Part shown: positions 10,164 through 19,330 of the stretch, piece after piece
Layout of the letters: each line of letters starts with the position of its first letter
Position numbering within the stretch: position 1 is the first letter of the stretch
DNA from: an uncultured Actinomycetota bacterium
GTDB lineage: Bacteria; Actinomycetota; Actinomycetes; Streptosporangiales; Streptosporangiaceae
Length of the DNA: 64,000 nucleotides
Assembly: GCA_963842355.1 (NCBI GenBank)
Contig: CAWJGC010000006.1
Span: 54,072-118,071, forward strand
Direction: 5' to 3'
Notes under the pieces: model-generated
Databases searched by the model: none
Seen by the model: only the letters and a program-made list of their open reading frames with translations
Told to the model about the DNA's origin: nothing
Position numbers and translations under genes: made by a program

Positions 10164-11870
10164 TCAGCTCTTGGTCACGTTCCACAGGAAGAACTGGCTC
10201 TGTGCGGTCGGGTAGACGCCGTTGACGTTCTTCTGCGCGGCGCTCAGGTAGTCGTAGAAGTAGGCGAAGATGATCGGCGTCTGGTCGAGCAGCAGGTTCT
10301 GAATCTGGCCGGCGAGCGTCCGCTGGCTGGACAGGTCAACCGCGGCGATGAACTGCTTCGAGAGCGTGTCGTAGGCGGGGTCGTTGAAGTGGGCGGCGTT
10401 CCAGGAACCCTGCCCGGTCTTGGCGTTGATGGACTGCAGCGGCGCCTGCAGGTACAGGTTCGGTATGGCCCGCGCGCCGTAGTCGACCAGGCTCATCTCC
10501 CCGTCCAGCCAGTCCGACTTGCCGAACACGGCCGTGCCGTAGTACTTCGTCGGCGTCTCGATGGTGAGCGAGATGTCCACGCCGATCTGGGCCGCGGACT
10601 GCTTGACGATCTCGGCGAAGTGGGGGATCTCCTGGGTCGTCTCGGTGAGCAGCGGCGTCGAGAAGCCCCGCGGGACGCCGGCCTGGGCCAGCAGCTGCTT
10701 GGCCTTGGTCAGGTTCTGCGTCCGCTGCGGCACGCTGGTATCGGTAGACTTGAACACCGTGGCGAACGGGCTGTCGTTCCCGACCACCGCGTAGTTCTTG
10801 AACAGCGCCGCCACGATCGCCGGCCGGTCGAGGCTGTACGCGATCGCCTGGCGGACGAGCTTGTTCGTGAACGGGGCCGTGTCGCACCGCATCGACAGCT
10901 CGCGGTGCGTGGCCGCCTTGAGGCTGATGATGTTGTAGCTCCCGTTCAGCAGCTGCGGGCTGGTGGCCACGGAGAACTGGTCGAGGCAGTCGATCGAGCC
11001 CGCCTGGAGCGCGGCCGACATCGGCGCCTCGTCCGGGTAGAAGGTGAACTCGATCTTGGCGGGCAGCGCCTTCGTGCCCCAGTAGTGCGGGTTCCGCACG
11101 TAGGTCGCCCCGACGTTCGGGGTGTAGCTCGACATCATGAACCGGCCGGTGCCGGGGAAGGTCTTCTGGTAGTTCGAGTAGTCGAAGTTGTTCGGGACGA
11201 TGATCATGTTGTAGTTGTCCTCGGACACCGCGTCGACCCAGCCCGCGTCGGGGTGCTCGAGGTGGAAGGCGATCGTGCTGTCGTCGACCTTCACGACGCC
11301 GTCCGGCGTGAGCGTGCCGCCGAAGACGGACAGGGCATTGGCCGAGCTGGACGGGTTGGCCTGGCTCTTGAAGCTGTAGACGACGTCATCCACCGTCATC
11401 GGGGTGCCGTCGTTGAACTTGACGCCCTGGCGGATCTTGAACGTCCACACCGAGGCGTCGGCGTTCGGGCTCCAGCTCGTGGCCAGCCACGGGTGGTAGT
11501 TGAAGCTCTGATCGGTGAAGACCAGGAACTCGCCGACGTTGCCGATCAGCTCGAGGCCGCCCTGGTCGGCGATCGTGATCGGGTTGATCGCCGCCGCGGG
11601 GACGAGGATGCCGGCCTTGATGGTCGCGCCGGCCTTGCCCGCGGTGGCCGGGGTGGAACTGGTGGCGCTGGTGCCCGAGCTTCCGCAGGCGGCCACGATG
11701 CCGCCGATCACCGACATCGACAGGCCCATGGCCGTGCCGCGGCGCAGGAAGTCCCGCCGGGACAGCCGCCCCGCGACGAACTCGTCGATGACGTGCTCCT
11801 GTACAGGCCCTCGCCCACGACGAAGCTTGTCGAGCCGCCCGTGGTCGATGTTCATACGGCCGGTGCCCAT
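10164..11870 (-). CDS. ABC transporter substrate-binding lipoprotein, family 5 (peptide/nickel, DppA/OppA-like)
   Basis: Tat motif SRRDFLRRG followed by lipobox IVAAC. 568 aa is typical family-5 SBP length. AAGGGGG SD. Confidence 0.9.
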   Translation of the reverse strand: MGTGRMNIDHGRLDKLRRGRGPVQEHVIDEFVAGRLSRRDFLRRGTAMGLSMSVIGGIVAACGSSGTSATSSTPATAGKAGATIKAGILVPAAAINPITIADQGGLELIGNVGEFLVFTDQSFNYHPWLATSWSPNADASVWTFKIRQGVKFNDGTPMTVDDVVYSFKSQANPSSSANALSVFGGTLTPDGVVKVDDSTIAFHLEHPDAGWVDAVSEDNYNMIIVPNNFDYSNYQKTFPGTGRFMMSSYTPNVGATYVRNPHYWGTKALPAKIEFTFYPDEAPMSAALQAGSIDCLDQFSVATSPQLLNGSYNIISLKAATHRELSMRCDTAPFTNKLVRQAIAYSLDRPAIVAALFKNYAVVGNDSPFATVFKSTDTSVPQRTQNLTKAKQLLAQAGVPRGFSTPLLTETTQEIPHFAEIVKQSAAQIGVDISLTIETPTKYYGTAVFGKSDWLDGEMSLVDYGARAIPNLYLQAPLQSINAKTGQGSWNAAHFNDPAYDTLSKQFIAAVDLSSQRTLAGQIQNLLLDQTPIIFAYFYDYLSAAQKNVNGVYPTAQSQFFLWNVTKS

Positions 11871-12015
11871 GACACCCCCTTGACGTAGCTCGCCGTCGGT
11901 CAGATCTCGACAGCGTAGATAGGGAACCCTACCGTGCGAGACAGCTCAACCAAGGAGTCCTGTTCATATCCATTCCGTATCGTTACGTCGTGTTAATACC
12001 AGCCGCGCGGTTGGG

Positions 12016-14064
12016 TTAGCTATCGGTGCGCTGGAGGGCGCGCAGTTGGTCCGGGGGGATGTGGCAGCGCATCAGGTGACCCGGCTCGACCTCGGCCAGG
12101 GGGGGTTCCGTCGACTCGCAGATCCCGCTGGACAGCCGGCGCGGGCAGCGGGTGTGGAACACGCATCCCGACGGCGGCTGAGCCGGGCTCGGGATCTCCC
12201 CGGTGAGGATGATCCGCTCGTGCATCGCGCCGTCCAGGCTCGGCACCGCCGACAGCAGGGCTTCGGTGTAGGGATGGTGCGGCCCGGCGAACACGGCCTC
12301 GGCGTCCGCGTACTCCATGACCCGGCCCAGGTAGAGGACGGCGATCCGGTCCGCCAGGTAGCGCACCACGCCGAGGTCGTGGGAGATGAACAGGTAGGTC
12401 ACCCGCTCCTTGGCCTGCAAGTCGACCAGCAGGTTCAAGATCGCGGCCTGGACGGACACGTCGAGCGCCGAGGTGGGCTCGTCGCAGACCAGGACGCGCG
12501 GCTTCCCGGCGTACGCGCGCGCGATCGCGACGCGCTGCTTGAGCCCGCCCGAGAGCTGGGCCGGGCGCAGCCCCAGGTGCCGCGGCTCCATGCGAACCGA
12601 GCGCACGATTTCCTGCAGCGACTGCTCGCGCGCGTCCCCGGACAGGCCCGCCAGCTTGGTGAGAGACCTGTCGATCAGGTGCCGCACGCTGTGCCGCCGG
12701 TTCAGCGCCGAGTCGGGATTCTGGAAGATTATCTGCATGGCCCGCAACTGGTCCCGGCTGCGGCGCTCGGCCCGGGGGGCCAGCGCGTGACCCTCCAGGT
12801 CGAGCCTGGAGCCCTGGTCCGGCGGGGTCAGGCCGACCAGCACGCGCGCCAGCGTGGTTTTGCCGCTCCCGGACTCCCCGACCAGCCCGAGCGTCTCCCC
12901 GAGGTACAGGTCGAGGTCGACGTCGACCAGGGCGGCCACCTTGTCATCGCGCACGGTGAAGGTCTTGCCGACCCCGCGCAGCGTGATCACGGGCGCGGCA
13001 GCGGTGTCCGGCGCGGGCAGCCGCGCGTCCTCCGGCGTCGCCCGGGGCAGGGACGGGGCCCGGTCGTGGTTGTGGCAGCGCGAGATCCGGGCGAAACCCA
13101 CGTCGTACGGCGTCGGCGACTCCTCGCGGCACCGATCGTCGGCCAGCGCGCAGCGCTGGGCGAAGACGCAGCCGACGGGCACTTCGCCGGGCCCGGGCAG
13201 GAAGCCGGGGATGGTGTCCAGCCGGCCGCGGTCCTTGCGCTGGCCGCGGCGGGGGATGCAGCGCAGCAGGCCCACGGTGTACGGATGGCGGGGCTGCTCG
13301 AACACCTCACGGGCCGGTCCCTGCTCCACCAGTTCACCGGCGTACATGACGCCGACGCGCTCGCACATCTTGGCGATCACGGCCAGGTTGTGGCTGATGA
13401 ACAGGATCGCGGTGTGGAACTCCTCCCGCAGCGACGACACGAGCTCGAGAATCTCGGCTTCGACCGTGGCGTCGAGGGCCGTCGTCGGCTCGTCCAGGAT
13501 CAGCAGGGCCGGCTCGGCGGCCAGGGCCATGGCGATGATCACGCGCTGCAGCATCCCGCCGGAGAGCTGGTGCGGGTAGGAGTGCAGCACCCGGCCCGGG
13601 TCGGAGATCTGCACCCGGCGCAGCGCCTCCTCGGCGCGCCCGGCCGCGTCCGACCGGCTCATCCCCGCGATCTCGAAGACCTCGGCGACCTGGCGGCCGA
13701 CCCGGATGGACGGGTTGAGCGCGCGGCCCGGTTCCTGGTACACCATCGACACCGTCCGCGCCCGGAGCGAGCGCAGGTCGTCCCGGCCCAGCGAGGCGAG
13801 GTCCTGGCCGGCCACCGTGATCGACCCCGCGCTGACCCTCCCGTTCCGGGCGAGGTAACGCGTGATCGCGAGCGCCATCGTGGTCTTGCCGCAGCCCGAC
13901 TCGCCGACGAGCCCGAACGACTCGCGCCGCCCGATCTGGAACGAGACGTCCCGCACCGCGAGCCGGTCGGCACCGCGCACGGTGTAGGTCACGTCGACGT
14001 GCGCGGCGTCCACCACAGCCGCCTCGCCGAGGCGGTCGCCGGCGCCGGGCGCGGTCAGGTCCAT
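12016..14064 (-). CDS. ABC transporter ATP-binding protein, duplicated (DppD-DppF type fusion)
   Basis: Two Walker A motifs (GESGCGKTT, GESGSGKTT) and two signatures (LSGGMLQR, LSGGLKQR). The ATG at 14064 lies 2 nt from the permease TGA. Confidence 0.9.
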   Translation of the reverse strand: MDLTAPGAGDRLGEAAVVDAAHVDVTYTVRGADRLAVRDVSFQIGRRESFGLVGESGCGKTTMALAITRYLARNGRVSAGSITVAGQDLASLGRDDLRSLRARTVSMVYQEPGRALNPSIRVGRQVAEVFEIAGMSRSDAAGRAEEALRRVQISDPGRVLHSYPHQLSGGMLQRVIIAMALAAEPALLILDEPTTALDATVEAEILELVSSLREEFHTAILFISHNLAVIAKMCERVGVMYAGELVEQGPAREVFEQPRHPYTVGLLRCIPRRGQRKDRGRLDTIPGFLPGPGEVPVGCVFAQRCALADDRCREESPTPYDVGFARISRCHNHDRAPSLPRATPEDARLPAPDTAAAPVITLRGVGKTFTVRDDKVAALVDVDLDLYLGETLGLVGESGSGKTTLARVLVGLTPPDQGSRLDLEGHALAPRAERRSRDQLRAMQIIFQNPDSALNRRHSVRHLIDRSLTKLAGLSGDAREQSLQEIVRSVRMEPRHLGLRPAQLSGGLKQRVAIARAYAGKPRVLVCDEPTSALDVSVQAAILNLLVDLQAKERVTYLFISHDLGVVRYLADRIAVLYLGRVMEYADAEAVFAGPHHPYTEALLSAVPSLDGAMHERIILTGEIPSPAQPPSGCVFHTRCPRRLSSGICESTEPPLAEVEPGHLMRCHIPPDQLRALQRTDS

Positions 14065-14066
14065 CG

Positions 14067-15050
14067 TCACTGGATGAGCACCGCCTCGATCGAGTCCGCG
14101 ATGAGGTTGACCGCGACCACCAGCGAAGCGATCGCCAGCGCCGGGAACAGCGTCTCCCACCAGTAGCCCGCGGCCAGGTACTGGTAGCTGCTGGCGATGT
14201 CCGCGCCCCAGTCGGGCGTCGGCGGCTGGATGCCGAAGCCGAGGAAGGACAGGGTGGCGATCGCGAAGATCGCGTACCCGAGGCGCACGGTGAACTCGAC
14301 CAGGATCGGGCTGAACACGTTCGGCAGGATCTCCACGAACATGATGTGCAGGTCGCTCTCGTTGCGCAGGCGGGCGGCCGCGACGTAGTCGAGTTCCCGC
14401 TCCTGGAGCACGGCGGTGCGCACGGTCCTGGCGATGAGCAGGGCGAAGACGAATCCGATGACGAGGATCAGCGTGGTCGTCGACGGGCCGACCGCGACGA
14501 CGAACAGGAACGCGACGATCACGACCGGGAGGGCCAGCACGGCCTCGACGATCCGGCCGACCACGTTGTCCACCACGCCGCGGAAGTAGCCCTGCACCAG
14601 GCCGATGGCCGTGCCGACCGCGGTACCGAGCAGCGTCGCCAGCGGCGCGATGATCAGGATGTCCCTGGCGCCCACGATCACCCGGGACAGGACGTCCCGC
14701 CCGAGCGAGTCGGTGCCGAACCAGTGGGCACCGGACGGGCCCAGGTTGAACTGCAGGAGGCTCCCGTTGACCGGGTTATAGGGGCTGAACGACCGTCCGA
14801 ACAGCGCGCACACCACCCACCACAGGAGCAGCAGCGCTCCGATGATGAACGCCTTCGAGCGCGCGAGCTGACGCAGATGCTCACGGCGGATGCGCCCCGC
14901 CGAGATGTCCAGCGCTCCCGTGGCCCCGCCCGCGGTAGCGGGCGGCAGGCCTACCGCCAGCGGATCACGAGGCGCAGGCCCGCTGTCGACGGAGTTCCCA
15001 GTCGCCGGCGGAGCGGCGAGGGAGTCGCGGCGCTGGTCGTCAGCCATCAT
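14067..15050 (-). CDS. ABC transporter permease (DppC-like)
   Basis: BPD_transp_1-type TM protein. Overlaps the upstream permease gene by 4 nt. Confidence 0.9.
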   Translation of the reverse strand: MMADDQRRDSLAAPPATGNSVDSGPAPRDPLAVGLPPATAGGATGALDISAGRIRREHLRQLARSKAFIIGALLLLWWVVCALFGRSFSPYNPVNGSLLQFNLGPSGAHWFGTDSLGRDVLSRVIVGARDILIIAPLATLLGTAVGTAIGLVQGYFRGVVDNVVGRIVEAVLALPVVIVAFLFVVAVGPSTTTLILVIGFVFALLIARTVRTAVLQERELDYVAAARLRNESDLHIMFVEILPNVFSPILVEFTVRLGYAIFAIATLSFLGFGIQPPTPDWGADIASSYQYLAAGYWWETLFPALAIASLVVAVNLIADSIEAVLIQ

Positions 15051-16012
15051 TCGGCCCGCTGGAGCCGGATTCGCGGGTTGAGCACGGTGTAGAGCACGTC
15101 GGCCACCAGCGTGGCCACGAGATACACGATGCCGATGGCGAGGACACCCGCCTCCAGCATCGGGAAATCCTTGTCGGTGGCGGCCGTGAAGATCAGCCGG
15201 CCGAGGCCCGGGTAGTTGAACAAGGTCTCGACGACCACGAGGCCCCCGATCAGGTAGCCGGTCTGCGTGGCGATGACCGTGATGGTCGGGAGGAGCGAAT
15301 TGCGCAGCACGTGGCGCCGGATGACCACCGATCGCGGCAGCCCCTTGAGCGTCGCCGTCCGGACGTAGTCGGAGTCCAGGGACTCGATCGTGCCGGCCCG
15401 GGCCATGCGCGCGATGTAGCCGAAGAGGATCAGCACGAGCGGGATGGCCGGCAGGATCAGGTAGCGGATCTGGGTGGGCACCGAGGAGCCCTGGGGTGCG
15501 GTCGCGGTGACGGGGAGCACCTTCAAGCCGATGGCGAATACCACGATGAGCACAATGCCGGACACGAACTCCGGGACGGTCGACAGGGACAGGCCGGCCA
15601 CGCTGATGACCCGGTCCACGGCGCGGCCGCGGTAGAGCGCGGCCACCACGCCGCCCACGATGCTGAGCGGGACCACGATCACGAACGCGACCGCCGCCAG
15701 CTTGAGCGACCGGCCGAGGGCCGGGAAGAGGAAGGAGCTCACCGGCGCCCGGAACTGGTAGGAGGTGCCCAGGTCGCCCCGCCCGATGCCCGATACCCAG
15801 GTCCAGTACTGGGCTGGGAGCGAGCGGTCGACGCCCAGGCTCTGGTCCAGCGCGGTCACCGCGCGCTGTGACGCGAACGGGCCCAGGATCGCCCGGCCCG
15901 GGTTGCCCGGGAGCACCTGGCCGGCCAGGAAGATGATCAGGCTCAGCAGGATCAGGGTGAGCAGGGCGAGCCCCAGGCGTCTCAGCAGGTACCCCGTCAC
16001 CTGCTCACCCAC
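15047..16012 (-). CDS. ABC transporter permease (DppB-like)
   Basis: N-terminal YLLRRLGLALLTLILLSLIIF is typical of DppB/OppB. 321 aa. Confidence 0.9.
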   Translation of the reverse strand: MGEQVTGYLLRRLGLALLTLILLSLIIFLAGQVLPGNPGRAILGPFASQRAVTALDQSLGVDRSLPAQYWTWVSGIGRGDLGTSYQFRAPVSSFLFPALGRSLKLAAVAFVIVVPLSIVGGVVAALYRGRAVDRVISVAGLSLSTVPEFVSGIVLIVVFAIGLKVLPVTATAPQGSSVPTQIRYLILPAIPLVLILFGYIARMARAGTIESLDSDYVRTATLKGLPRSVVIRRHVLRNSLLPTITVIATQTGYLIGGLVVVETLFNYPGLGRLIFTAATDKDFPMLEAGVLAIGIVYLVATLVADVLYTVLNPRIRLQRAE

Positions 16013-16111
16013 TTCCCCGATATGACGCCGTCTGCCTGGCCAGCAGCGTTAAGGGCTATTTCATAGCGTTTGATTGTCTACCACGTATGTTCGAGAGCGC
16101 AATGTTGGTCG

Positions 16112-16512
16112 GGGGGGGCGACCCCCCGGACCCCCCGATGCCATCCGCTCGGGCCAGCAAGCTGGCCGTCGCGGCTGGCTGTGCTCTCCCGGGGGGGACA
16201 ACCACCCCCCCGGACCCCCCGTGCCATCCGCTCGGGCCAGCCTGGCCGTCGCGGCTGGCTGTGCTCTCCCGGGGGGACAACCACCCCCCCGGACCCCCCG
16301 TGCCATCCGCTCGGGCCAGCCTCCGGCCGGCCGTCGCGGCTGGCTGTGCTCTCCCGGGGGGACAACCACCCCCCCGGACCCCCCGTGCCATCCGCTCGGG
16401 CCAGCCTGCGGCCGTCGCGGCTGGCTGTGCTCTCCCGGGGGGACACCCCCCGGACCCCCCGTGCCATCCGCTCGGGCCAGCCTCGGCCGCCGTCGCGGCT
16501 GGCGCCGGCTAC
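16112..16512. repeat. tandem array, 5 units of ~80-84 bp, each with two GC hairpins and a 3-10 nt variable linker
   Basis: Unit: GGGGGGACAACCAC-CCCCCCGGACCCCCCGTGCCATCCGCTCGGGCCAGC-[AAGCTG/CTG/CTCCGGCCG/CTGCG/CTCGGCCGCC]-GCCGTCGCGGCTGGCTGTGCTCTCCC. Unit lengths of 80/84/82 are not all multiples of 3. Confidence 0.85.
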
Positions 16513-16543
16513 GCCGCTGTGCTGGCCGCCCGGGCCGGCGGGG

Positions 16544-17542
16544 TCATACGGTTGCGACGGGGACTGTCTGGCCGGTTTCCAGGGCGCGTTCGGCGGCGAT
16601 GGCTACGGCCAGCGTCGCCGCGGCGTCGGGGGGCGGGCAGGCGACCGCTGACGGGTCGCGCGCGGTGACGGCTTGGAGGAAGCGGCTCCACGACCGTTCC
16701 AGCGGCTGGGCTGACGCGCGGCGGGTGACCGGGCGGTCGTGGCTCAGGCCGGTCAGGGTGAAGTCCGGGTCGAGGTTCAGCCGGAGGGTCGAGTCCGACG
16801 CCAGGACGTCCAGGGCATAGGTACCCGGCTGACCCGGCCGGGTCCACGCGACCACGACCGTGGCCAGGGCACCGGACGCCATCTCCAGCATGATCGTCAC
16901 GGCGTCGTCGATGTCCCCGCTCTCCCCCGGGTCAGCGCTGCGGGCCAGGCGGACCCGGGCCGCGGCGGCCTGGACCGACACCACGTCGCCCCCGACGGCG
17001 CGGGCCAGGTCGAGGTGATGACTGCCCCGCTCCAGCAGGTTTCCGCCGCCGGCCCGCCGGTCGAGGAACCAGGGGCGGCTCTGCGTCGGCCCGATGCTGG
17101 TCCCGACCAGGAGCCCGATCTGCTCGTCCTCGAGCAGTTCGCGCAGGTCGTCGAGCACGTCGAGCGCGTGCCACTGGTAGCCGACCGCGCACACCGTCCC
17201 GCTGTGACCGGCCGCCTCCACGATCGCCGCGGCGTCGTCCAGCGTGCGGGCGATCGGCTTCTCCAAGTACACCGGCAGCCCGCGGGTGAGCGCCTCGACG
17301 GCCGGGTCGCGGTGAGCCAGAGGCGGGATGGCGACCGTGAGGGCGGCCAGGTCCTCGCGGTCGAGCAGGTCGCGCCAGTCGGTGTAGACCCTGGCCCCGG
17401 TGCCGCGGGCGAGGTCTTCGGCCCGCTCCCGTTCGACGTCGCAAACCGCGGCGAGGCTGACCCCGTCGAGCGACCCGAGAACGCGGCGGTGCTCCTGCGC
17501 CATCCATCCGGCCCCGATGATGCCCACGGGCATGCCGTCCAT
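16544..17542 (-). CDS. Gfo/Idh/MocA family oxidoreductase
   Basis: Rossmann motif VGIIGAGWMAQEH. The start is set at ATG 17542, preceded by GGAGGG. Confidence 0.85.
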   Translation of the reverse strand: MDGMPVGIIGAGWMAQEHRRVLGSLDGVSLAAVCDVERERAEDLARGTGARVYTDWRDLLDREDLAALTVAIPPLAHRDPAVEALTRGLPVYLEKPIARTLDDAAAIVEAAGHSGTVCAVGYQWHALDVLDDLRELLEDEQIGLLVGTSIGPTQSRPWFLDRRAGGGNLLERGSHHLDLARAVGGDVVSVQAAAARVRLARSADPGESGDIDDAVTIMLEMASGALATVVVAWTRPGQPGTYALDVLASDSTLRLNLDPDFTLTGLSHDRPVTRRASAQPLERSWSRFLQAVTARDPSAVACPPPDAAATLAVAIAAERALETGQTVPVATV

Positions 17543-17651
17543 GCCGCCCTCCTGACCTGTGTCCGGCGTTGTGGCGCCCAAGCTACGCCCGCTCCCCGGC
17601 CATCGGGCGTCATAGCCCCCGAAAACGTGACCTGGTGCGACCGCGGCCGAA

Positions 17652-18182
17652 ATGGATAGCCTCGGCGTCATGCCCGAGAACGTGATGATCGTCGGCGAGA
17701 ACTATGCCGGCGAGGGCGCCGAGGCCGCGCACGTCAACACCGTGCTCGGCCCCCGCGACGGGCCGGTGGGGGTGGCCTGGGCCACCGCCCTGGCCACGCC
17801 GCGGCCGGGGAACGCGGCGTTCGTGGTCGTGGTGCGGCCGAGCCTTCCGGTCAAGCCGCTGACCCTGTTCGTCAACAAGGCGACGGTGGCGAGCGACGAG
17901 CATGCCGTGCTCACCTGGGGAGCGGCGCAGGCCGGCGTGGCCGGCGGCGTGGCCGACGCCGTGGCCGAGGGCGTCCTCAGCGAGGCGGACGCCGATGACC
18001 TGCTGCTGATCGCCGCGGTCTGGGTGGATCCGGCCGCGAGGGACGCCGGGAAGGTCTACGCGAACAACCGCGCGGCGACCGCGGCCGCGCTGCGCGCTGG
18101 GGCGTCGGGCGGTCCCCGCCTGCACGAGGTGCTCACCGCGCGCGACCACCCGTTCAACCCGTTCTACGACCCTGGCTCCTAG
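17652..18182 (+). CDS. formaldehyde-activating enzyme (Fae) family protein
   Basis: Aligns by eye along its length with methylotroph Fae (VGENYAGEGAEAAHVNTVLGPRDGPVG; C-terminal HPFNPF). Start uncertain: 17652, 17670 or 17685. Confidence 0.7.
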   Translation: MDSLGVMPENVMIVGENYAGEGAEAAHVNTVLGPRDGPVGVAWATALATPRPGNAAFVVVVRPSLPVKPLTLFVNKATVASDEHAVLTWGAAQAGVAGGVADAVAEGVLSEADADDLLLIAAVWVDPAARDAGKVYANNRAATAAALRAGASGGPRLHEVLTARDHPFNPFYDPGS

Positions 18183-19291
18183 TGAAGATCACCGCGATCC
18201 GCCTCGACCGGATGCGGCTGCCGCTGGACCCGCCGTTCCTCGCGGCCTGGGACCCGGCGCCGCGGCGGCATTTCGACGCCACCCTGGTCCGGGTGGAGAC
18301 CGACGAGGGCGTGACCGGCTTCGGCTCGGGCGACACGATGGACGGCTTCGAGGCCTTCGCGGGCCTGTTCGTCGGGCGCGACCCGCTGCAGATCGCCCGG
18401 CACGTGGCCGCGATCGAGACGATTAACTTCCACGCGGGCCGCTACTGGCCGCTGGAGGCCGCGCTCTGGGACATCGCCGGCCAGGTATCCGGGCTGCCGG
18501 TTTCCGTCCTGTTCGGCGGGGCCAGCCGGAGCGTGCGGGCCTACGCGTCGTTCGGCGAGCTGAGGATCCCGCAGGCGCGGGCGGAGGCGGCGGTGGCCGC
18601 CGGGGAGGCGGGCTTCCGGGCGGTGAAGATCCGCATCGGCCGCGAGGACGTCCCGTCCGGGCTGGCCGCCGTGCGGGCCATCCGGCAGGCGGCGGGGGAC
18701 GGCATGGACATCATGGTCGACCTGAACCAGTGGTGGCGGATGCCGGGGGATGTCTCGCCCGCGCTCGACCTGGCCGCCGTCCGGCGCCTGGCCGCCGAAC
18801 TGGCCGACCTCGGTGTGCTGTGGCTGGAGGAACCGCTGCCCGCCGGCGACCTCGACGGGATGCGGACGCTGCGGGAGCAGGCCGGGATCCGGGTCGCGGG
18901 CGGCGAGATGGCGCGCACCCCGGGCGAATTGATCGGCGCGCTGGCCGCGGGCGCGCTGGACGTGGTCCAGCCCGATGTCGTGCTCGCGGTGGGGATGCTC
19001 CGGGCCCGGACGGTAGCCGAGGTCGCCCGGCTCGGCCATCACTGGTTCACCCCGCACACGTGGACCAACGGGCTGGGCCTGATGGCGAACCTGCACGTGG
19101 CCGCCGGCGTCGGGGCCGGACCGTACCTCGAGTTTCCCTATGACCCGCCCGGATGGACCGAGCGGCGGCGCGATTTCTTCCTCACCCGGCCGCTGCTCAT
19201 CGACCCCGGCGGGTGCCTGACCGTGCCCGACCGGCCCGGCCTGGGCGTCGAGATCGACGAGACCGCGGTCGCGCGGTGGGCCCGGAGTTGA
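18182..19291 (+). CDS. mandelate racemase/muconate lactonizing enzyme family (enolase superfamily) protein
   Basis: Capping domain followed by a barrel with metal-ligand motifs DLNQWW, WLEEPL and GGEM. The GTG start overlaps the Fae stop (TAGTG). Confidence 0.85.
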   Translation: MKITAIRLDRMRLPLDPPFLAAWDPAPRRHFDATLVRVETDEGVTGFGSGDTMDGFEAFAGLFVGRDPLQIARHVAAIETINFHAGRYWPLEAALWDIAGQVSGLPVSVLFGGASRSVRAYASFGELRIPQARAEAAVAAGEAGFRAVKIRIGREDVPSGLAAVRAIRQAAGDGMDIMVDLNQWWRMPGDVSPALDLAAVRRLAAELADLGVLWLEEPLPAGDLDGMRTLREQAGIRVAGGEMARTPGELIGALAAGALDVVQPDVVLAVGMLRARTVAEVARLGHHWFTPHTWTNGLGLMANLHVAAGVGAGPYLEFPYDPPGWTERRRDFFLTRPLLIDPGGCLTVPDRPGLGVEIDETAVARWARS

Positions 19292-19330
19292 GGCTGGAAT
19301 CCGTTCAGGCATCCCTGGGGGGTAGCGATC

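Noticed and set aside
12046-14166. Very long ORFs antisense to real genes (e.g. 5717-7501, 9984-11888, 12046-14166, 18179-19975, 20128-21777, 24805-26484, 26768-28708, 34718-36976, 38045-39922, 46310-47830, 50902-52419, 52507-54609)
   Set aside because: These are the typical stop-codon-poor antisense frames of a >70% G+C genome. They are Arg/Gly/Pro/His-rich, have no recognisable domains, and each is fully covered by a strongly supported gene on the other strand.
16112-16512. CRISPR array (regular direct repeats with variable intervening segments)
   Set aside because: The variable segments are only 3-10 nt, against roughly 25-nt-or-longer CRISPR spacers. The conserved part is ~72 nt, longer than typical CRISPR repeats. 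No cas genes or leader are present nearby. It is better described as a minisatellite with a hypervariable loop.
16112-16512. Tandem copies of the actinobacterial 6C/B11 small RNA (C-rich runs, ~80-nt unit)
   Set aside because: In my folding, one C6 run is locked in a stem with the G6-7 run rather than exposed in a loop, and the two-hairpin layout does not obviously match 6C. I cannot run cmsearch, so this is left as unsupported.
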